This document shows, piece by piece, positions 1-6,141 of a stretch of DNA of 64,000 nt. This DNA is from a virus. The notes below the pieces were generated by a model. That model ran no database searches. It worked only from the letters and a program-made list of their open reading frames with translations, and was not told the origin of the DNA. How positions within the stretch are numbered: the first letter of the stretch is position 1; each line of letters starts with the position of its first letter. Position numbers and translations under genes: made by a program. The stretch is taken from positions 1-64,000 of the IMG/VR virus record IMGVR_UViG_3300025009_000068; one strand, given 5' to 3'.

Positions 1-260
1 ACGGAAAGTTCTTCCATCTCCCTCTTCCTCATTCCGAGAAGGGTGGAGAACGCCCCTTCGAGATAGCCCTGGATCTCCTCGACCGTCATCCCGCGCTGCA
101 CCGCCTGGCTCATGGTGAGTTGTGCCGCGATTGAGGTGAGAAAGGGCTTGCGCGCTCTTATGATCCGACCCCCTCCAAACGTATTCATGCTCAACGTCTT
201 GCCGGTGTTGCATGCCTTGTCCGTGCTGTCCTTGCTGTCCATACCATCGATATCCGCCAT
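1..260 (-). CDS. Partial CDS running off the left edge; N-terminal part resembles the Ros/MucR oligomerisation region
   Basis: Not in the ORF track. RBS AAAGGAGGAG, ATG at 260, open to base 1: MADIDG...FLTSIAAQLTMSQAVQRGMTVEEIQGYLEGAFSTLLGMRKREMEELS. MucR similarity judged by eye. Confidence 0.7.
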   Translation of the reverse strand, partial: MADIDGMDSKDSTDKACNTGKTLSMNTFGGGRIIRARKPFLTSIAAQLTMSQAVQRGMTVEEIQGYLEGAFSTLLGMRKREMEELS

Positions 261-318
261 AGTCTTTCGCTCCTCCTTTCAAGGAATAAATGGTAAATAA
301 TGTTTCATGGACTTGGAG

Positions 319-615
319 TGTGGCGGACAGGATTCGAACCTGCACGTGGAGCCTCGGGTCGCCCAAATGGCTGCCGCATCTGTCTGGTCTATCAGATTGC
401 CAATCCTCGAAGAAAGCCGTATCGAGCTGCATTATCAAACAACACGTAACAGCATTTCTTCACCAAGTATTTCCCCACTGTCCCGGCTCCTCGAAGGAGA
501 GTGCTTTATAAGACTATGATGTCTCTGCATCAATACGGCATCTCTCTTTTCAGGGCTAATCTAGCGTCTACCGGTTGACGACCTTATCATCGTCAACACA
601 TTCCGCCACCGCCAC
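319..615 (-). ncRNA. ~297-nt tRNA-like structured RNA (class II/Leu-like ends, expanded anticodon arm)
   Basis: Acceptor GTGGCGG (615-609) pairs with CCGCCAC (326-320), followed by A. D-arm TGGCGGAAT...GGTAGACGC. T-arm GCAGG-TTCGAAT-CCTGT (343-327). Long internal helix AGATT/AATCT and GCCGTATTGA/TCGATACGGC. Confidence 0.75.
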
Positions 616-646
616 ATCAATCTTCCACAAGTATTCCATCAACGCC

Positions 647-676
647 AATATCTCACGAGAAAAACATGTAAGTCAA
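647..676 (-). promoter_or_regulatory. Putative sigma70 promoter, leftward
   Basis: TTGACT-18 nt-GATATT with TG extension, about 25-30 nt upstream of the tRNA-like RNA. Confidence 0.5.
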
Positions 677-710
677 GCACTATTTGCGGAATATTTTAGT
701 GAAAAACATC

Positions 711-738
711 TTGCATTCTGGATTTTTTTTGGTAGGAT
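711..738 (+). promoter_or_regulatory. Putative sigma70 promoter, rightward
   Basis: TTGCAT-16 nt-TAGGAT with TGn extension, upstream of the HTH gene. Confidence 0.5.
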
Positions 739-803
739 TGTGGTGGAATTTGTGAAAATGAAAGGTGAAGGATGATAACCTCGAATGGAAGGAGCATATA
801 CGA

Positions 804-1169
804 ATGAAAGATCAAGACAGCCTGGACGGCCAGAATACGTCCCATCAAGCAGGCCAAGCATCATCGCCCCCATCGCCGCCCCCATCGCCGCCCCCATCGC
901 CGCCCCCATCGCCGCCCCTCCACCCTTCCCAGTCCACCATCATCCCCTCCAAGCCACTCAGAGCCCATGAGGAAACGCTCGCCAAAATAGACCCGCGCCT
1001 CCGCAAAATCTACGAGCACTACGGCACATGGGCCAGAGTTGCCAAGAAGTTCGGATACACCGAGCGCGGGATTGCTTCGTGGGCCAGGAAGGGGATTCCG
1101 GAGTGCCGGGAAGGTAGGGTTGATGAGGTGGTGCGGGAGATTGAGGGGAAGAAGGCAAGAAAGCAATAA
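804..1169 (+). CDS. Cro-like HTH regulator with Pro/Ser-rich N-terminus
   Basis: YGTWARVAKKFGYTERGIASWARKGIP HTH pattern; GAAGGAG RBS before ATG 804; first gene after the divergent promoters. Confidence 0.7.
   Translation: MKDQDSLDGQNTSHQAGQASSPPSPPPSPPPSPPPSPPLHPSQSTIIPSKPLRAHEETLAKIDPRLRKIYEHYGTWARVAKKFGYTERGIASWARKGIPECREGRVDEVVREIEGKKARKQ
860..918 (+). repeat. 12-bp tandem repeat (CCCCATCGCCGC) x~4 encoding SPPP
   Basis: Directly visible. Confidence 0.9.
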
Positions 1170-1223
1170 TGGAGAGCTGGACAGCCCGGTCAGGAATAGC
1201 CTTGAAAGGAGAGAATCAAAGCC

Positions 1224-2741
1224 ATGAGCAAAACAAATACTACACCATCACCATCACCATCTTTTAAGCCCAAACCTTCACCACCACACCTCGCCACCCC
1301 TTCCCCGGCAATATACTACCGCTCATCCGCCTACCCCTTCGGAGATTTGGTGCCAAGAGCAATCCAGGTAAAATGCAACGTATCATCTTCCACGCCGGGC
1401 AGCACGGCACACGTCACCGAAGGATGCGAATATGACGCCTGGGTGGACGGTGACGGGAATGTGTCGGCCGATCTTATGAGTGGCGCAAGGCTTCCGCTTG
1501 ATCCGGAGCAGTACAAGGTCATTAAGTGGTGGGTGGTTGATGATAGGAGGTCAATAAATGAGGATGGCGCCCGAGTTGACCACGCTTGGCTTCACAAGGA
1601 AGGCTGGCACCCCACTTCGGAAAACATCAACGCCCTGCCCCCTCCTCTTCGAAGGTATATCCACGATCTTGAAACGAACTGTGATCCCGCTGGAATCATT
1701 GCGGAGAATACTGCGAAATCAGATCAGATCATGCAGCTCAGCGTTGCGCTTGGTAAAGAAAAAGACGAGGTTGTAGGGCTCACAAAGGAAAGCAATAGCC
1801 TCATAATCAGAAACGCTATTGTGGAAGAGGAATACAATCTGTTGTGCAGGGAAAAGTCGGAGGTCAAAGACAAACTGACCGAGCGAGAAGTGGAGCTCGA
1901 TGAGTGCAAGGAAGAGTTGGCCAGGAAGGATAAAGAGATTGCATGGCAGGAGGGTGAGATTGCATGGAAAACAAGGAAGCTCTCCAAAAAGAATAAGGTG
2001 GTTTCGATTCTGAGCCGAAAGCTACTACTCGTTCTCGAGGAGAAGCTGGCCGAGAAGGGGATGAGGCCGACACATGAGTATTATCCATCCTTCTCTATCC
2101 CATCCACCCCCTCCATCCCCTCTACGTCCCAGGAAGCGCAGGTGATGAGGCTCAGCGAAAGCCTTGCCAGAATGCACATGAATCACGAAGATCTTGGAAG
2201 GAATTACCGTGAGGTTGAGAAAGAGCGGAATGCGTTAAAGAAAGAACGGGATGCCTTGAAAGAAAAGATCCTCTCTTCCGAAAACGATAAAATCGTTTTC
2301 ATTCTCACGACTGGTAGTGGATCAGATGGCGACGAGTGGGATGTAATTAGTCTTCACGCTACTAGAAAAAGTGCTGAGTTAGCCAAAAACAAATATGAAG
2401 CGCCCCGTCCACGAAATGACGGAAGCACTTATTCCTTCGATGCTCAAATAGAGGAATGGAAAGTAGAAGATTATTCACTCATTGCTTCTAAACCTTCCAA
2501 GCTCAGGATGGACTTTCACGATCTCCTCGGAGCCATAATAGAAAACCTTGCCGACGGCTACTCCATTGAGATCAATGCCGAGAAGGGGGAATGCTCGATC
2601 AACCTCCTCGACTTCGAGGGCAACGATGTGGAGTTCTGCCGAGATGACTTATCGGATGCCGGGGTTGTCGTGGAGGCTATCAGGGAGTCAAATAGGAGGA
2701 GTGAAAAGAACAAGAAAAACGAAGATGGTGAAGGGCATTAA
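1224..2741 (+). CDS. Mosaic phage hypothetical protein with central coiled coil
   Basis: 505 aa, RBS AAAGGAGAG; several small-phage-protein-like segments plus heptad repeats. Confidence 0.7.
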   Translation: MSKTNTTPSPSPSFKPKPSPPHLATPSPAIYYRSSAYPFGDLVPRAIQVKCNVSSSTPGSTAHVTEGCEYDAWVDGDGNVSADLMSGARLPLDPEQYKVIKWWVVDDRRSINEDGARVDHAWLHKEGWHPTSENINALPPPLRRYIHDLETNCDPAGIIAENTAKSDQIMQLSVALGKEKDEVVGLTKESNSLIIRNAIVEEEYNLLCREKSEVKDKLTEREVELDECKEELARKDKEIAWQEGEIAWKTRKLSKKNKVVSILSRKLLLVLEEKLAEKGMRPTHEYYPSFSIPSTPSIPSTSQEAQVMRLSESLARMHMNHEDLGRNYREVEKERNALKKERDALKEKILSSENDKIVFILTTGSGSDGDEWDVISLHATRKSAELAKNKYEAPRPRNDGSTYSFDAQIEEWKVEDYSLIASKPSKLRMDFHDLLGAIIENLADGYSIEINAEKGECSINLLDFEGNDVEFCRDDLSDAGVVVEAIRESNRRSEKNKKNEDGEGH

Positions 2742-2757
2742 TGTGATGCCTGAGTGA

Positions 2758-2793
2758 GTCGCTCCCCACTCAGGGGGGGGCGTGGATTGAAAC
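2758..2793 (+). CRISPR. Solitary type I-C-like CRISPR repeat (no array)
   Basis: GTCGCTCCCCACTCAGGGGGGGGCGTGGATTGAAAC: GTCGC start, GC hairpin, GTGGATTGAAAC end; intergenic. Confidence 0.75.
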
Positions 2794-2862
2794 AAGATAG
2801 ACGATGAGCGTGACATTACTGACATCTCTCAACCAATCACCGCAAAGAAGGAGCAAAACAAA

Positions 2863-3303
2863 ATGTCGCAGAACAGACAACCCAATCAACCAACCCCAAT
2901 GAGCTTCGATAACCTGGCCGGCGGCGCCCTGGCTGAACGCTTCGAGCATGTACTCGAGCAGGTCCTGAAGAACATGCAGGACCCCAACACCAAGGCCACG
3001 ACGGTTCGCAAGATCACCCTCACCGTTTCCCTCAAATCCGACGAAGAGCGCGAGCTCGTGGACATCACTCATGACGTGTCCGCCAAGTTGGCCCCGCTGA
3101 AATCGTACCCCACCAAGGGCTACCTGGGTATCAAGAATGGATGTCCCGTGATGTACGAATCGGCTGACCCGAAGCAAATGCACATGCGGGATCAGTTGCG
3201 GGAGGAAGAGGCGCGACTGGAGGAAGCGAGAGAAGCTGAGAAGAAGGGCCGTGAAGAGGGGAAGGTTGTGTCAATGCCTGGAAGGGAGGTGGCTGCTGAG
3301 TAG
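2863..3303 (+). CDS. Conserved phage protein (family often labelled 'replication terminator protein')
   Basis: LAGGALAERF...NMQDPNT...RKITL...KLAP motif; AAGGAG RBS. Confidence 0.75.
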   Translation: MSQNRQPNQPTPMSFDNLAGGALAERFEHVLEQVLKNMQDPNTKATTVRKITLTVSLKSDEERELVDITHDVSAKLAPLKSYPTKGYLGIKNGCPVMYESADPKQMHMRDQLREEEARLEEAREAEKKGREEGKVVSMPGREVAAE

Positions 3304-3391
3304 GAGGGCGGGAGCGCGACGCACCTCATCGCAGCAAGAAAATAGGGTAGACAAATAAACAAGGGCTCAGTGAATGAGAAAGGAAAAGTAC

Positions 3392-3757
3392 ATGAATGCA
3401 AAATTGGCAACAGTGGCAACGATGATCATTATCGTCATGATTTTGATGGCTTCCCAGGTCAGCGCCATAAAGGTCGGAGATATCGAAGAGGGATTGGAAA
3501 AGTCAAAAGATCTGCAATCCGCGATTAACTACCTTGTCTGCGTGGAAGACCAGGTCAACCCGAAAAAAGACAAGGAGAAATCCGACGCATCATCAAGCAC
3601 TTCAACGAGCTCGTATCTCCTCATTGCCACCGGATGCACATGCGATTACGCATGCCGCTCCACGCTAAAGGATACTGACTTTGCGGGAATGGTCTCCAGC
3701 ATGAAGGAGATCATCAAGAAAGCCAAAGATCAATTAACGGTGGGAGAAAAGCCCTAG
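3392..3757 (+). CDS. Secreted hypothetical protein
   Basis: Hydrophobic N-terminus ending QVSA; four Cys. Confidence 0.6.
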   Translation: MNAKLATVATMIIIVMILMASQVSAIKVGDIEEGLEKSKDLQSAINYLVCVEDQVNPKKDKEKSDASSSTSTSSYLLIATGCTCDYACRSTLKDTDFAGMVSSMKEIIKKAKDQLTVGEKP

Positions 3758-3841
3758 CCAGCGCATGAACCCAAAATAAACCACAAAGGAATAAATGCAT
3801 TCACCATCACCACCACCACCAAACGAAAGGAGCACGACACC

Positions 3842-4597
3842 ATGATAGCAACAGCCATTCAGAAACTGCTCGACATCGCACAACCGGAGATCATCCCGGC
3901 GCTCGGAAGGACCTACAGCTCAAAGCCGATCCACCCTGTTTACGAGCCGAAGCCCGACACCATCCATCTCTCTTCTCTCGCCGGCCTCGTGGACTATTAC
4001 AACGGGGAGGGGGCGAGCGTTCTCGGCAGAGAAGGCGATGATATCCTTGACATCCCGGACATCGGACCCGGCTTCTTCCACGTCGAAAACTTCAACACGG
4101 TGTCCATTCTCTCCAACCTCCACGGCTCATGGAAGCAGCGCACCTGCTTCGCCACCTCCACCGCAGACCTCTTCGATCCCTTCACCTTCAATCGCTTCCT
4201 GTCCCACGAAGAGTTCATGATCGGCCTGCAAACCCGCTTCATTCAGACCGACACCACGCGCCAGCTTCTGCAACTCCTCGGCAATATCAAGGATTCGGCC
4301 GTCAAGACCACGGTGGACGACGGAGTATCTCAGAAAGTGCAGACCAACCAAGGCATTTCCCTCGTGGAAGAAATCCGGCTTCCCAACCCGGTGGCCTTGA
4401 AGCCGTTCAGGACCTTCATCGAGATCGATCAGCCCGAGTCGCTGTTCGTGCTGCGGCTCCAAGGAAGCGCTCAGGGCAAGATGCCGAGTTGTGCTTTGTA
4501 CGAGGCCGACGGCGGGGCCTGGAAGGTGGAGGCCATGGCCGGGATCAAGGGGTATTTGGAAGGGGCGTTGCCTGACGGGGTTGTTGTGGTGGCGTAG
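3842..4597 (+). CDS. Conserved phage protein that usually accompanies the 2863 family
   Basis: LPNPVALKPFRTFIEIDQPES...ALYEADGGAW motif; AAAGGAG RBS. Confidence 0.8.
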   Translation: MIATAIQKLLDIAQPEIIPALGRTYSSKPIHPVYEPKPDTIHLSSLAGLVDYYNGEGASVLGREGDDILDIPDIGPGFFHVENFNTVSILSNLHGSWKQRTCFATSTADLFDPFTFNRFLSHEEFMIGLQTRFIQTDTTRQLLQLLGNIKDSAVKTTVDDGVSQKVQTNQGISLVEEIRLPNPVALKPFRTFIEIDQPESLFVLRLQGSAQGKMPSCALYEADGGAWKVEAMAGIKGYLEGALPDGVVVVA

Positions 4598-4677
4598 GAG
4601 GGATGGGAGGAGTGAAGGAATAAGGTAGAGATAAGTAGGGCCGTGATTTTAGGCCGCGAGGCCGGGAGGTAATCGAA

Positions 4678-5034
4678 GTGGCCAGTAAAAAGCCTGGGAA
4701 ATATGCCAATGTTAAGGGGTATGACCCAGGGCCATTTTGGCCAGAAGCAAAGCCGCTGTCCGAGTTGGATGAAACCGACCGATGTTTCCTAAGGGCAGCC
4801 AACGGAGGCGTGGACGTGTGGTGCCCTCTCGACGCGGATGCTATCGACAGCATTCTGTCGGGCCGCAAGAGATCACATTGTGCTCGGGATGGTCATCTCA
4901 AATTGGGAAGCATGGTCAGGTTTTTCGACCCGGAAGCGAAGAAGCATGTGGATGTTCGAGTGACCGATGTCGGGCTTCCATTCAAAAATCTGAGATGCGG
5001 GCCAATCGTAAAGGTGGAATTTGAGCCCGTCTAA
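4678..5034 (+). CDS. Hypothetical protein, possible ASCH/PUA-like C-terminal domain; cassette-like
   Basis: GGGAGG RBS + GTG; IDSILSGRKRS...VRVTDV; stop codon lies inside the attC R'' box. Confidence 0.55.
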   Translation: MASKKPGKYANVKGYDPGPFWPEAKPLSELDETDRCFLRAANGGVDVWCPLDADAIDSILSGRKRSHCARDGHLKLGSMVRFFDPEAKKHVDVRVTDVGLPFKNLRCGPIVKVEFEPV

Positions 5035-5121
5035 CCCGGCAATGAACCAGACGGGCGCCACGCCTGGCAGTCGTAAGGCGTGAGTCTGTAAAGGCGCCCG
5101 CTGGTTATCGCCACGTTAGAC
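5029..5121 (+). mobile_element. Solitary integron attC-like recombination site
   Basis: R'' GTCTAAC, L''/L' AACCAGAC/GCTGGTT with an unpaired base, inner GGGCGCC/GGCGCCC stem, R' GTTAGAC. Confidence 0.75.
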
Positions 5122-5202
5122 GGGCACGGCAGGTAAAGGGGGGAAGGGCAAAACAAGGAAGCCCTTCCCCCCTTCAAGGATATAAAGAGGAGAATCATCG
5201 CC

Positions 5203-5814
5203 ATGTTTTTTCAAAAGGCCAGAAGAATCAAGGAACTGGAAAAAGCACTTGCAAGGTCGGATGAAACCACGAACAAGATCATCGAGGAAGCCGAAACAGA
5301 CATGCAAGTCCGCCAGAACAAGGCCATCAACGCCTTGAAGGAAAGGTATGCGGAAGACCTCATGGGGAAGATCGAGAAGGTCAAGGCCGCGCTAAAGGAA
5401 GAGCACGACACTAAAATCTCGGCCTTGAAGGAAAAACACTCCGCCGCAATATCCTCACTTCAAGGCAAACTCCGCGATCAGTCCGAGGCCGATGCGCTTC
5501 TCTCCGCGGTTCACTTGGTTGCCGAGGTCGCGAGAAGTAGAGGTATGGAGTCGAGGACGGACAAGGAGAAAATTGCCGACCTCGAGAAGAAACTGGAAGA
5601 GAATGCGAAGAACTGGAGAATTCAGGCGGAGGCGATACGGTCGGGCCTTGGAGGCTTGGCCACGCAGCAACAGCAGCATCTTCAATTCGGATATCCTTTT
5701 GGCCTGCTGGGCGAAAGTCTTGGCTCTCCGTTTGGAGATGCGATCAAAGTCGCTGACATTTTGCCACTTGAACCCGGACAAGTTCGGCCACGCATTCGGT
5801 GGAGAGAGCCCTGA
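5203..5814 (+). CDS. Coiled-coil hypothetical protein
   Basis: GAGGAG RBS; K/E/A-rich heptads. Confidence 0.7.
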   Translation: MFFQKARRIKELEKALARSDETTNKIIEEAETDMQVRQNKAINALKERYAEDLMGKIEKVKAALKEEHDTKISALKEKHSAAISSLQGKLRDQSEADALLSAVHLVAEVARSRGMESRTDKEKIADLEKKLEENAKNWRIQAEAIRSGLGGLATQQQQHLQFGYPFGLLGESLGSPFGDAIKVADILPLEPGQVRPRIRWREP

Positions 5815-6100
5815 ATACGAGCACGAGATAGAGCGATGCGACGAAACGCTTGGTCGGGTGCTCAGCGGCATCGACCGTGAGAGAACGCACGTCATGGTCA
5901 TCTCGGACCATGGTTTCGACGGGGCCGAGTTTCGCCATCTCAACGCTCCGTGGTCCTGGTGTGCTACGGACATTCCGTTGCGTCAACGGTGGGCCGATGG
6001 AGGGGCCTGCACCGTTGACGTGTATCTGACCGTGCTTGAGTGGTTTGATGTGCCAGCACGAAAAGAACTGCCCCAACTTCGAGGGAGGTCACTTCTGTAA
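5738..6100 (+). pseudogene. C-terminal fragment of an alkaline phosphatase/nucleotide pyrophosphatase superfamily gene
   Basis: PDKFGHAFG and VISDHG metal-ligand motifs and GRSLL end; N-terminal half absent; overlaps the 5203 gene in another frame. Confidence 0.65.
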
Positions 6101-6141
6101 TCAAGGATCTCAAAGATCTCAATGATCTCAAGGATCTTGAA
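6101..6141. repeat. 9-bp degenerate tandem repeat (CAAnGATCT) x4 at the convergent gene junction
   Basis: tcaaggatctcaaagatctcaatgatctcaaggatct. Confidence 0.75.

Noticed and set aside
314-343. tRNA 3' end as an attP/attR core
   Set aside because: The matching 5' half is present at 615-560, and there is no integrase or second copy
430-560. Group I intron within the tRNA-like RNA (TGCAGAGAC and ATAGTC resemble R/S elements)
   Set aside because: The two motifs are adjacent, leaving no room for P8 or P4-P6, and no anticodon loop is restored by removal
5492-5737. N-terminal part of the 202-aa ORF as a real phosphatase N-terminus
   Set aside because: It is an off-frame reading of the coiled-coil gene; family motifs start only after ~5750
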